Source: the human T2T-CHM13v2.0 reference genome, Homo sapiens. From it: DNA of 64,000 nucleotides. The stretch lies in the NCBI RefSeq assembly GCF_009914755.1, contig NC_060930.1, one strand, 5' to 3'. The notes under the pieces are model-generated. The model searched no databases. It was not told the DNA's origin and saw nothing but the letters and a program-made list of their open reading frames with translations. Both the position numbers and the translations under genes were made by a program. This document shows, piece after piece, positions 41,464-54,659 of this stretch. The first letter of the stretch is position 1; each line of letters opens with the position of its first letter.

Positions 41464-41742
41464 GCCAGGCATGATGGCTCACGCTTGTAATCCTAGCACT
41501 TTGGGAGGCTGAGAGGGGCGGATCGCAAAGTCAAGAGATCGAGCCCATCCTGGCTAACATGGTGAAACCCCGTCTCTGCTAAAAATACAAAAATTAGCTG
41601 GGCTTGGTGGAGCACGCCTGTAATCCTAGCCACTCAGGAGGCTGAGGCAGGAGAATTGCTTGAACCTAGGAGGCAGAGGTTGCAGTGAGCCAAGATTGCA
41701 CCACTGCCTTCCAGCCTGGGTGACAGAGAGAGACTCCATCTC
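41464..41742 (+). mobile_element. Alu (AluSc-like), in tandem with the previous Alu
   Basis: gtcaagagatcgagcccatcctggctaacatgg is Sc-type. Confidence 0.96.
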
Positions 41743-41788
41743 GAAAGAAAGAAAGAAAGAAAGAAAGAAAGAGAAAGAAAGAAAGAAA

Positions 41789-41860
<72 letters not shown>

Positions 41861-42020
41861 AAAGAAAGAAAGAGAGAAAGAAAGAGGGAGAGAGGGAGGA
41901 AGGAAGGAAGGAAGGAAGGAAGGAAGGAAGGAAGGAAGGAAGGAAGGAAGGAAGGACAGGGAAGGGAAGGGAAAGGAAAGGAAAGGAAAGAAAAGGAAAG
42001 GAAAGGAAAAAGAAAAACAA
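41743..42020. repeat. Compound (GAAA)n-(GGAA)14-(GGAAA)n polypurine microsatellite
   Basis: About 275 bp, almost purely purine; GGAA x14 at 41898-41953. Confidence 0.98.
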
Positions 42021-42554
42021 AGCATGCAGTTCTGATGACCAAATACGCTCCCCCAAAGACCTCCAGGGGAATGAGCCTGAGAACAAAGTCATCTATGGAG
42101 GAGTACAGAGCTGTGGCAATCACAGGAGAGTAAGGCAGAAGGCTTGGTAGAACCATGTGAAGCCTGACCAGCCACTGGGTTTTCATGCATGTGATTTGGT
42201 GCATGTCTTTATGGTTTAAGCCAGTTTGAGTTAGGCTTCTGTTTCTTGCCACCGAAAGCACTCTCTAGCTGATTCAGGTCATATGACGACTGTTTCTGAA
42301 CTCACTTCAGTACTCTCTCTCCACATTATTCCAACTTTAACAGGCAACTACTTGTGATCTGAAAGAGTGTTCAGGCATAAGGCTCATGGTCATGATTGAC
42401 AGTTCCACAGTCCTTCCCTCACAGGGAGCTTCACATGGCTTTCTGCCTGCATTCCAGATGGTGTCTCTTCCTCCCTCAATGTGACCATAATTATACATGT
42501 CACTTCTCACTTTTCCCCATGATATCTCTACTTTAAACTGGACGAGAAAGAGAA

Positions 42555-43450
42555 TAATGAAATCAGTTGAGGTATTTTCATATGATGGAACATCATAAAT
42601 CCATTAAAAATAATTTATATATTAATTCAGCAAAGGTCTACTCGGCACTTACTGTGTTCCAGGGACTGTACTATAGAAAAATGCCTGATGATATGGAAAA
42701 TGTTAAATATAGGCTACACAAAATTTTAGCTATAAAATGTAACTACCGTATCTAATTTAGATGATACTTAGATGAGACTTTGGACTTTAGACCTTAAAGT
42801 TGTTGCTGGAATAAGTCAAGACTTTTGAGGTTGTTGGGATGGAATAAATGTATTTTGCATGGAAGAAGGACATGAATTTTGGGGGACCTGGGGCAAAACG
42901 TTATGGACTAATTGTTGATATCCCTTAAAATCCATGTTGAAGCCCTAACCCCCAATGTAATGGTATTTGGAGGTGGAGCCTTTGGAAGGTAATTACGTTT
43001 AGATGAGGTCATGAGGGCAGGACCCTGTGATGGGACTGGTCCCGTTAGAAGAGGGAGAGACACCAGAGCTCATTCTCTCCATCAGGAGAGGACATAGCAA
43101 GAAGTCTGCAAGCCAGGAAGAGGCCCTCACCAGGAGATGAATCTGCCTGCATCTTGATCTTGAACCTCCCAGCCTCCAGAACTGTGAGAAATAAATGTTT
43201 GTTGATTAAGGAAACAAATAAAACATAATTACAATACAATCAAATATATGAAAAAGGAGTGTGTATGTGTGTTTCTGCGTGTGTATACCTACAAAGAAAA
43301 TAAGACTAAAAAACTATTCTAAAAATATTCATAAGAGTTATCTCTGAATTTTGGCAGAATGTGCAATTTGCTGCTTCTTTGTATTTTTCCAGATTTATCA
43401 TATCTTCTATAATTAACATGTTACTTCTGTAAATAGGAAAAATATGCAAC
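42555..43450 (+). mobile_element. Old L1 (L1ME-like) 3' region, interrupted by a MaLR
   Basis: ggtattttcatatgatggaacatcataaatccattaaaaataat; tcttctataattaacatgttacttctgtaaataggaaaaa. Confidence 0.55.
42750..43210 (+). mobile_element. MaLR internal 3' end plus LTR (MLT1A0-int/MLT1A0-like), truncated
   Basis: gatgagactttggactttagac...gtattttgcatggaagaaggacatgaattttggggg (internal region and PPT), then an LTR from ~42899 gttatggactaattg...ccagcctccagaactgtgagaaataaatg. Confidence 0.85.
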
Positions 43451-44248
43451 AAAAGAAATTATGCTAGTGTCTTTGATAAATCTAATAAATCTGGAAGTGT
43501 TTGTATTCTAGATTGATTAGCTATTATAATTATGTGATTTCTTTCTTCTTTCAATGGGCCTTGATGTTTAACATATATTTACACAAAATTGCTATGTATA
43601 TGAGCTAGAGAGGAGTATTTTTAAGTAATCAAGAAGTCATATTTACATTTAGAATTGCCTCTCTTTTCATGCCAGATGTAAAATTTGGAAAGAGAAAGAA
43701 GAACCAGGCAGTCGTTGCAGACCATATATACAACTGAGTCCTCCTCAAAAACCTCTCAGTATACTTCCAAGAGGGCAGGAAAAGGGAGAAAAAGAGAGAG
43801 CATGTCATGAGACCCAGTTCTCTGGGGGCTCAAGAATGAGTTAAACTAACTCCTTCCACCCTGCTAGCAGGGAAGAGTTGATTGTACCTTCAAGCCTCTG
43901 ATCAACCAGTATGTGAAAACCCACATACTGAGACACTTCCAGAAAAGAACTGGTTACTATTAAAAAGAAGGAAAGTTAATTTTAAAAAAAGGAAGTGAAA
44001 AGGAAGAGGAAACATTTTACAGTTTTCATTGCAAAATTACAATACAATAATTCATCTTAAAATATTATATAATAACTTCATCTCAAAACAATAACACAGT
44101 AATTCTGTTGTACTACTAGAGGGCATTGGAGTAAAGGAAATATATTAGAATTGTATGGGTGGAATGTATACTTGCATATAGAATTTAATATTTATAAACT
44201 ATATAAATTCAGAATTATAAACTATATTAATTTTGCTTCCTCTTTGAT

Positions 44249-44410
44249 AAAACTCTTTCATACACATCATTGCATTAGATTCTCACAACCTCCTTTATGT
44301 GGTACTTAACACAAATGTTCTCCCCTTTCTTTATATGAAGAAGAGACCCATGGAGGCAGGGTAGTATTCAAGCCCAAGTCTTATGTGGTCAGGGGAAAAC
44401 TCGAATATAT
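44249..44410 (-). mobile_element. MIR fragment
   Basis: ctttcatacacatcattgcattagattctcacaacctcc...attcaagcccaagtct. Confidence 0.55.
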
Positions 44411-45406
44411 TATTCATGCTGATGAGATACAGAAATATCTCATTTGCCTTCTTTTTAATATGTTTATTGCACTAGAAAAATTGATTACGCTGGATAAAAT
44501 TTTCCACACATGGAAAAGCACCCAGTACAGTTCCTGCATTTGGTGGATGTTCCCAAAATATAAGATGACTGACATGTACTTGATCTTAATAAGGAACAGA
44601 CTTCTTTAGAAAATTACAGCCTTTATATTAGAGTTTTCATTACTCTTTGCTTTGCTCAAAACTCGCCTACATGCTACTGAAGGATTTCATCCCAGGGGAT
44701 AAAAAACTTTGTCTCAAATATCAGAGGACTTGAGGTCAAAAGCTCCTAAAGGTAGCAATTTATCTCTTTCTTTATAATTAAGTCAGTTTAAATTAATTTG
44801 GACCATAGTTCTAAAGAAAACCAATCTGATCCCAAACATTTCACGTGTAAAATGAAAAAGAATAAAGCTAGAAACCACACAACCATCTAAAATTTTTCCT
44901 GCTAAGAAAATTGCCACAGTCAGAGTGGTTGGTTAGCTGCTGAAAAACAAGCTGGGTTGCGCTTAGTGAAGATTGAATCTTCCTTTCAACAGACATTGTC
45001 TCTGGCTGTGAGGTTCACATCTTACAACACCCAGTAAGCACGTCCACGGAAAGTAAAAAGTTCAATAAATCATTCAGATGGTTTCAAATACTCAAAATAC
45101 ATGCACTCAGGAGGATCCACTGTCTTGGCAGCTGTGTGAATTTTTCACATTTCTACCTGATAAAGTTCTTGGGGAAAAGTTTCCTCTTCTCTGGGAACCT
45201 GGGAACATGGTATTCTGCACCCACCTGTGTGTGGAATAGGCATAAATTTGTCTGCCAGATGGGGAAAAACCTTCTAGAAACTAAGATCCATGTTTCTTTA
45301 AAATGACTCTGCTTTTTCCCCACTGAGACCCTCAGTGTATGGACCGAATGCAGCTGAAGTAGGGTGGCCTGCCAGGCTTTCAGGGAGCTTCCAGACTGGG
45401 CAAGTC

Positions 45407-45633
45407 AGGGTGGCCCATGAACCCCTGGCCTCAGAATCTTGTCAGTGATGTCAATAATTAGAATTATGCCAATAATAATGTCAGTAATGCTAATAATAAT
45501 AGTGCTTGTCAATAATGCAGATCCTTGGGGCTCATCTCAGACCTTCCCAATCAGAATCTCTGGGGGCAGAGTCTTGGAGTCTGCATTTTAACAAGCTCCC
45601 CTGATAACTCCCCTAAAATCTGGGCAGCACTGA
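45407..45633. mobile_element. MER5-like hAT-Charlie MITE with an internal AT-rich expansion
   Basis: aatgcagatccttggggctcatctcagacc...aatcagaatctctggggg...tctgcattttaacaagctcccc. Confidence 0.7.
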
Positions 45634-46046
45634 TCTCATAGCTCCTGGGGGAGCAAGACAAGCACAAGCGAGGGCAAGTGAATGCAACTCTAAGAAAGAG
45701 CACTGGCTCCATCCAAGCGGACAGATCAACGACGGGTACACAGACTGGTCAGGAAAAAAATGCTAGACAGAGAGAAGTTCAAACAGTGGGGAGTGACGAA
45801 GAAGCAAGCTTTTGCCCACATGAGAGAAAGTGTAGCTCCCCATCCAGTCCACGCTACTATAGCAACTAGGGAAGTTGAGATAGCAGAGGGAGAACTGCAG
45901 CAGCTGTGTTTGTGGCTAGGCCCGCTGGTCTGGATGCGGCCTGGGATTTGCCCCTTCTCCAGCTAGAGAGTCTGGGGATCCCACAGGAGCAGTAAGGCCA
46001 CACAGCGGTGTTGTGCACATGAACCGAAGGCAGTGAGTCTCTACTC

Positions 46047-46254
46047 TAGTGGTGAGCCCATTAGTGTTTAACAATGGGCTCTCCAGGGGAAAATAAAACC
46101 CTGACTTACAGCATTTGCCGCTTTCTATGGTGTAAATACTCCCACCATGGCTAATTTCAAGTCATTCAGTGATGTCACTGAACATGAACTTAGGAAAATA
46201 TAGACACACAATGGCTCTCACATGCCAGAGTGAGCCCCCTCCAGTGCATGACTG
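46047..46254 (-). mobile_element. MER63A-like hAT-Blackjack MITE
   Basis: tgtttaacaatgggctctcc...gcatttgccgctttctatggtgtaaatactcccaccatggctaatttcaag...tgatgtcactgaac. Confidence 0.75.
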
Positions 46255-46255
46255 C

Positions 46256-46257
<2 letters not shown>

Positions 46258-46291
<34 letters not shown>
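46258..46291. repeat. (CA)17 microsatellite
   Basis: Pure run. Confidence 0.98.
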
Positions 46292-46293
<2 letters not shown>

Positions 46294-46543
46294 CTCACAT
46301 AAATACACTTTTACTTTTGTATGATTCTGTCCTATACCTAAGGGAAGAAGACTGTTCCTCCTGTCCAGTAACTGAACATACAACTATTCTTTGCTGATCA
46401 TGCATTTGCTCAGAAGCATCCATTTTTATACAAAAGATAATTTTTCCCTGAGTTAAGTAAAAAGTTTTGCATTGAGAAAATGTTAATCACTGTTAACCTA
46501 TCTCTTTTCAGTCTGATAAAGAAATTACCATATGCCTATATAG

Positions 46544-47034
46544 TATATCAGCAGATTAGTTTCTCTCCCTTCCCAAAAGACATTCACATCCTAATCACCA
46601 GAACGTGTGAATACATCATGTGACATGGCAAAGGGAAATTAAGGTTGAAGGTGGAAGCAAGCTACTGATCAGCTGACTTTAAAGTAGGGAGATTATTCTG
46701 GATGATTCTGGACCAGTGTTAGCACAGAGGTTCAGCAGGGTTGGTGTCAGAGTTATGGGATGTGAATAAGGTTCTACAACCCACTGCTGGCTTTGAAAAT
46801 GGAGGAAAGGGCCACAAACCAAAGAATGAGGGTCACCTCTAGACGCTAGAAAGGGCAAGAAAACACTCTCTCCCAGGGCCTCCAGAAAGGAACACAATGC
46901 TGTCAACCCCTTGATTTTAGCTCAGTGAGAGCCACTTTAGACTTCTGACTTCCAGAACTGTGGGATAATAAACTGGTGTTGTTCTAAGACACTAAGTTTG
47001 TGGTCATTTTCGACAGTAACAATAGGAAACTAAT
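46544..47034 (+). mobile_element. MaLR solo LTR (MLT1D-like)
   Basis: cacatcctaatcaccagaacgtgtgaata...catggcaaagggaaattaaggttg...gacttccagaactgtgggataataaac...aataggaaactaat. Confidence 0.87.
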
Positions 47035-47167
47035 GGAGGATGTTTTTCAGGGAAGTGGCAAAACAAAGCAAGAAAAATATATAACTAGAAAGCCATAAAT
47101 GGCCCTAGAAATGCTGACCACATCTGTTCACAGTGCAGACATAGAAAGGCTGCCTATAGCACGCTCC

Positions 47168-47171
<4 letters not shown>

Positions 47172-47221
<50 letters not shown>

Positions 47222-47224
47222 ACA
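47172..47224. repeat. (CA)n microsatellite, ~26 units with one interruption
   Basis: Direct reading of the sequence. Confidence 0.98.
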
Positions 47225-47574
47225 ATCTGGGAGAGGGCTCTGCAAAGCCTAGGGAAGCAGTTTGAGTCTCACTGAGAAACATATAGATGTTAGGGGGCTT
47301 ATATCTGTCACTTTGTCCCAACTCTTCTGTCAGAATGTTCCATCTCCACATCACCTAATTTAAATACATTGAAACAAGATCCTCACTGTGAAATTAATAC
47401 CTGCACCATTGGTCAGAACTGGCATTTAGCATTGCCCAACCTGGACAAAGGCAGGATATTCAGGAATCTCCAGAAGAATTAGACATCCTGTCTTATAGAT
47501 GCTTATTCATAAAAGAGTGGGGAGAGCCTGAAGGTGTAAAATGTGTTATTTGCCACCTTTAAAACTTCTCCATG

Positions 47575-47722
47575 GTGCTGAGAGGTCCATCAGTCAAACT
47601 GCCACATTTTACAGATGAGGAATAAGAGACATGATACAAGTGGCCCAAAGCCACCCCTTCCACTCATCAGTGTCAGAGCCGGGACATAGTCTGGCCCCTC
47701 CCCTTGGTTCCTCCACTGTAGC
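47575..47722 (-). mobile_element. MIR/MIR3 fragment
   Basis: cattttacagatgaggaataagagac...tggcccaaagccac...cagtgtcagagccggga. Confidence 0.6.
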
Positions 47723-48386
47723 CCATGACAGGGATTCTGTGAAAGAAGAAGTAAGACTTCATTCTATAGTCAAGAGTCAAATAGATGCTGACCATTTAAA
47801 AAAATACATGTGAGTAATATAAGACTACCAGCCCCCTTTCCCCTGACTTTTGCCTCATTATCTGCCCTCTTTCTCAATCATCCCCAAGAGGAAGTACCAA
47901 GATGGCTTTCAAATGTGAGCATTGGCCAGGCCACGCTTGTTCTGGGAAGGGATAGTTGGATTTTAAAATATCACACATGGCCACTGTTCATTATCTTTCA
48001 TTTCCATGTAAAGGGAGAGGTAAACCGGCTCAGGCACCACCTCATCAGGACAGCCCCTGGCATCACTCTCCTTTGCCTGACAATTCCAGTCATGGTGCAG
48101 GTAGCTGGCCAGGTGACCGTAACATCCAAGAAGTGGGTTTGGAACGGGAGGAGAGAGGTTGAGCTGAAAGCCTGACCCACCGCGTGCTCCAGCGCAGCCT
48201 TCTCAGGGTTCGGCTTTGGAGTGGGGAGTGCGGTACAAGGCCTTACCGGGCATTTGCTCAGCTAAAAATAAAGCGAAGCTGGCTTCTGTCTGCTATCACT
48301 CCTTATACGTATTGCTCCCTTCATGTCTCCGGAGGAGAGCTGTTGCAGAAGCCCATCTTTAGGAAGCCCCATGGAGGAAAAAAAGG

Positions 48387-48705
48387 ATAAACTGTTGCTA
48401 CACACATCATGGACAAATCATCCTATGAACATCGTGTGGACTGAAAGAAGCCACTAAAGAGCACGGTGGGCATGTTTCCACATCTGTGAAGGTCAAAAAT
48501 AGGCAAAACGAAATCTATGGGACGGGGGCTGGAGGGTGGCGTGGTATTCACTGAGAAGCGCTGAGAAGGGAGCCTGCTGGGTGCTGAAAGTGTGCTCTGT
48601 CTCAATCTGAGTGGCAATGACACAGGTGTATATGTATGAAAGACACGTACTGACCTGTAGTTGAGTTATGAACTTTATGTATGCTATTCGGCCTTTAAAA
48701 CAAAA
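48387..48705 (+). mobile_element. Old L1 (L1ME/MB-like) 3' end
   Basis: catggacaaatc...gaaagaagcca...gtcaaaaataggcaaaacgaaatctatgg...gagcctgctgggtgctgaaagtgtgctctgtctc. Confidence 0.7.
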
Positions 48706-49966
48706 CCTTCGTTTCCCACATGAAATGTACAATTTCCAAATCATTCTGTAAATGACAATGCATTTTTATGTTTAGGGCCCTGAAATACTTAAAATTAAAA
48801 AATTTGAAGCTATATTTCCTCTGGATTAAACATGCATTTAAGTCATGTTTGCAGCTCTGAATTTGAATTTTCTTTCTAATTAGAAAGATCAATGGAGAGG
48901 CCCTTTTTCATCCACTTTCTCCAAATGGGCCTTTCAGAGTTCAAGGAAAAGCAAGGCAAGAAATATACATTTCAAAAGAGCTAACACACTTTGATTCTTC
49001 CACATTTCTATCTATAGAAATTTAAGATTTTTTGCTAGCATTTGAAATTTTTCAGAGTTCTCTTAGCTGCTACAGAAATTTCACATCCAACATCTCTTCT
49101 ATATAAAGGAAAATGAAGAGGCATGTAAAAGCAGTTTCAGAAAGTTGACTGTGGTATACAAAAATTTTTTTAATTATCATGTTGAAGAGTTTAAAGGAGA
49201 TGCTATAAAATATGCATTTACTGGTATTGGAACAGATGAAAGCACAGTATTTTCATCTTTAAAGACAAAAAGAACTATTTTAAAAAGCATGTGTTTTTCA
49301 TAGCGTACTTCACTTTATACCAATGATTCTAAGGTTTCTATTAAACAGAAAAACAAACTACAAGTCTGGCAACCACAAAGATGAAAGGGAGCAAAGTCTC
49401 CATAAGTGAAAGAGATTTTAACCAATAGTAAAGTGATGACAAAATCCCACGGTGTACTGACAGCATTGTTAAAGCTCCAAATTATATTTAATAATAGCTA
49501 ACTGATGTCTAAGGCTACAACACCCCATGGATGTCTGACTGTTGACGAAAAAAGGAAAAAGAGAAACGAGGGATCATGTCTCCTCTAGAGAACAACTAAG
49601 TTAAGCTGATCCAGCTGAGACACAGTAGTTTCCAGGGTAAAATAACTTATAATCAACTACATGAATCAGGCTTGGCCTTGCCTTGCATGTGCAACTCAGG
49701 CTAATTTACTCCCTTGGGGAATAAATTTAGCACCCAGCAGTAGCTCTGAATCCAAATTCTAAAGACCCCAGTTCAGGTCAGGACTCTTGTCTCTAAGCAG
49801 CTGGGACTTTGATTGTCAGAGGTCATTTAAATGTGATCTTGAATAGCAGTTCAAGCTCAGCAAAATCCCTACTTCTTGAAGAAATGACATGTTTACCAGG
49901 GAATTGTGAGTTAAGGGAAATAGATCTAGTGGAAATGTGTGGATGTTTAGGGTGCCTGAACTTTTA

Positions 49967-50392
<426 letters not shown>

Positions 50393-50632
50393 TCATATGC
50401 TAGAGTTGTCACCTGGCAAAATAAATTTGGAGCTAATAGCCAGGACCTTGAGAGGATTTTGTTCCTTGGCTGAATGCAAATCCTTGCCATTTAGTGAAAA
50501 CAGCAGGACTTCAAGAAGCAGCAAATCCACATCACATCCATCATCTTCAACTCCCACCATGAGCTTGTCCCATATGTAAAAATTAAATCCAAGAGAAACT
50601 TAATATTTAGGAGCTGATATTCTCTTAACTCC

Positions 50633-50969
<337 letters not shown>

Positions 50970-52287
50970 TAAATATTCTTTGGGGAAAGAGCATTCAACT
51001 GATCAAATTTCATAGTGTATTTTTTCTCCAGGATTTAGGCAAAGCAAAAATGCTGAGAGGTTTTGATAATCATGTTTAATTTTCAGAGCTGTTAAAATAT
51101 TGTTACTTATTAGGGAAAAAAACAATTTTATAGTTGTTACAGAAAAACAGATCTTTTAAATTAGAAATAAATTGGTAGTTATCTATATCGAAACAATTTT
51201 TTTTACCTAAATTTAACAAATTCTTATTACTATGCAGACACAGAAACCTCAATTTCATTTGGCAGCCTGCTCTGCACAAAACATTATGTTGATGCTGTTT
51301 GAAAGCCAAGATTTACCAGTCACCACCCTGCAGTAATTTATGATATGAAAAATGTGCATAGGAGGTGAATTGGGCAGGAACTGGCAAAGGCTTCAAGGAA
51401 GAAGTGCCATGTTAAGCAAACCATACAAGGTTGGTAAGATGTCAACATATGGAGATGAACAGAATATTCCAAATGAACGGCATGAACAAAGTTTCCCCCA
51501 AATGGTGAAAAATAGTCCCTCCTCTGCCCTGAAAATACAGAGTAACTTAATAGGCTCCTTTACTTCTACGAGCCAGGCACACAATTTCCCTAAAAGGAAT
51601 TGCTAAAGAATATTATGGGACAGGCCAGTGGCATTGGCGCCCAGGAGGTCTCCCAAGCATTCCGTAGCAGACATGCCTCTCACAGGCTGCCATCTCTGTA
51701 GGCTGCCTAGTAGGCAGGCAGTTCTGGGGCACCAGATCTCTTCTTGACTTTGGAAACTGGAGAGTCTGGCAGGGTCATTTTCTTCTTTCCATGGCATCTT
51801 CCCAGACTGCCTCCTGCCAGCTCCCAGGGAGGATCAAGTGAATGCGTCTCAGTTTATGCTGAAGGCAATGCCTATTCTGCATGCCCATCATGGGAATTCA
51901 GAGACGCACAGGCAGGCCGCTGTAGGTTGTGTTGGCCCGAGGACCCAGCAGAATGGGCAGGTAGCGCTGGTCTGAGTCTCCTGAACAAGGAGGAGTCACG
52001 TTTTAGCCTCCTTGGCAAGTACTAGGGACCTGGAAATTCCCTGGCCTCATGGCACCCTTGCTTGGAGCAGAGACTCCACTGTAAAGGGGCAATGTCTTCC
52101 CATTCCCTAAGGAATGTGTGCCAGGGTCCCTGACAGAGGGATTTAATAAGAAGCTCCAAGACCAAGTCAAATGAGAGTTCTGACATTAATGGCTAATAAT
52201 TAGTGACTAATACTTGTGACCAGTAGCAAGACCTCCTCCCTCGGAGGCCTAATAAAGAACTGTATCACTGGTTGGGGAAGGAGTTCT

Positions 52288-52477
52288 TGTTTTGTTTTGT
52301 TTGGTTTTTAATTTTTTTTACTTTTTTTTGGTAAAAATTGCTGGGGCACCTGTAAAATGTTGCTTCATGTATAAGACTGTGTAGTGATCGAGTCAGGGTA
52401 TTTAGGGTGTCCACCACCCGAGTACAGTACGTTTTAAAACAGACACCCTACTCTGCTATCAAACATTCAATGTATTT
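52288..52477 (-). mobile_element. L1 (L1MA/PB-like) 3' end
   Basis: T-rich tail, then gtgtagtgatcgagtcagggtatttagggtgtccaccacccgagtacagtac...caccctactctgctatcaaacatt. Confidence 0.8.
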
Positions 52478-53594
52478 CTGGGGCAGGAGTTTTTATTCCA
52501 TCCCAGTGCAGGAATGGCTGAAGGAAACCAGGAAGCAGAGTAGGAGACTAAGGAATGACATCAACATCAGTGACCCTGCAGGGATGGTGACAGGAACAAT
52601 GTTTGCATGGCAGCCACCTGCCCCATTATGCAGCAAGGCAAGCCACAGCGGAAAACAGCAAAGATCAAAGGGAGCAGATGAAGTACCGGCAGCACTGGCT
52701 TCAGAGAAGAACTGTAGTGGCTAATGAGAACGTGTGAGCCACTGCAGGAAAGACACCGTGTGGCCACGTTTCCAGGGATGGGCTGGTAGAAGAAGCATAA
52801 ACCATTTGGTCCTATTCTGCTGTTTTTACCCAAACCTTTTGCACCTTTGGAAACTGCAGTGGCTTGGGAATTTAGGATATACTCATCTTTAGAATTGTAT
52901 CATTTCTAAATCTGATTTAGACAAATTTAGTCTATGAAAATGAAAAAAAAAAAAGAGGGAAAGAGGGAGGGAGAGTTTTGACTCATTTGAAATAATGCTG
53001 GAAAAAAATGCGTTTTAAATGACAAGAGTTCAGAACCCTTTTTTTTTTTTTTTAAAGCACAGCAGTTTCCAAGGTTTACAATTTTGCGGGTCTCTAATGG
53101 CGAAGACCCTACAAAGCAAATCCAGCTTTGCCAGCATTCTGTTTTAGAATGTTCTTGGAATTTGTTTGAGGTTAAGGATATTTCCATAACGTAAGTCTAC
53201 ACCTTAGCTGTTTTCCAACATCTGAACATCACTGTTAATGAGACTGCTTCTCTTTTATTTTGCTGCGGACTTTCTCAGCTTCCCACAATTGGGATAACAT
53301 TTCATATCCACAGGAATGGAAATCATAACCAATAGCTCGCTTTCCTCTTCTGTGGTTTCTGTTTGTGTTTTTGCCCCTGCTTCCTTAAGCTTCCTTGGCC
53401 CCCACCTCCCCTGCAACTACTCACCCCTTCAAGCACTGCTCCACCCAGCATCTGTACTGAAAGTAAAGTTTTATGAAAAGTAGAATAAAGGGACTATAAC
53501 AGGGGCTTATGCCTAGAGGCTTTCTGCAGAGCACTGAACTTGGAGATGTAAGACTGGGGTTCAACGCCAACGCCCCAAGCCCCACGCGTGAGCC

Positions 53595-53810
53595 TGCCTT
53601 GGTTCCCATTGCCTATATAAGGTACAAACTCTTTAGCCTGGAATTCAAAGTTTTCCACAATCTGACACTGACCCGCATCAGTCACCCACCGCAGGTCCCA
53701 CATAAATTCTCTTCTCCAGCCAACTGGGAGGTTGCCCCTGAGCGAGGAATGTTCATCCCTGCTCTCGGCTTTTGTCAGCGTTCCACTTAACTACAATGTC
53801 TGCCCATGCC
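53595..53810 (+). mobile_element. L2 fragment
   Basis: ggttcccattgcctatataaggtacaaactctttagcctggaattcaaagttttccacaatctg. Confidence 0.65.
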
Positions 53811-54659
53811 TTTCCCCTCAGAGGTCCTGAGGACCTGAAGCCCGTTCCTGGGTGTTAGCAAATGTTACCACCCTCAGAATTGGAAATAATGTTATGCCCT
53901 CAAATTAAGTGATATTAGCTTTCAGTATAAGTCACCTTAGAAGATAAGTCAAAACAATTAAAGGAACAGAAACTATCATCTGGTATTCATTGGATGTAAA
54001 AGAAAGCAGGAGTCAAATGCATGTGCAGAAAGGATGTGTGAACCGTACAAGGACTGACCTGTGTGAAATCTCACAAAAAGGAGCCCAAGGGATCCCAAGC
54101 AGTCACAGGTTGTCCGTGTGTCTGTGTCTTTGTACGTGTGTCTGTGTCTTTGTCCGGGAGAGAAGTTGTCCTCGCCAGTGAACAGAAGCATTCTGGTCCA
54201 CTTGGCAGACTGTCCCTTAGTAGACATGAATATGCTCAAGTGTCATAACCTGGTCACCTCACTGCTGAGAACACCCCACTCCTTCCCTTTGCTGGGATTT
54301 CGTGCTCACTGAGGGGCCCTTGACCACATTTGGGTCCCTGTGTAGGCTTACATAAAAAGAGAGGAAGGCTAACGGAGAGACTGGATTGCCCAAATTCACA
54401 TCATCTAACAAAACAGTGATCGGCTTATAACCCACAGCTTGATCCCCTGTAAGTTTGTTTTGCCCAGACCTATCGCTAAGAACCTGGCCAACTCCAGGCA
54501 CCCTGACCAAATTGGTTCATGAACCTAGCAAGCCAAGAGCTAGAGCACGAATGTGGTGGCTCTTGGAAGTAACGCCTGCTGAAAGCCCTGTCTGGGAGGC
54601 CATAATGAACCTCTGGAGACATCATCTCCTGTCTCTATCATTGTGACACAATCTCACCT

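Noticed and set aside
41626-42261. Overlapping 119-211 aa ORFs (FLSF/ERKK repeats)
   Set aside because: Stop-free reading of the GAAA/GGAA microsatellite plus an Alu. The same applies to the ORFs at 36090-36442, 37222-37697 and 62987-63285.
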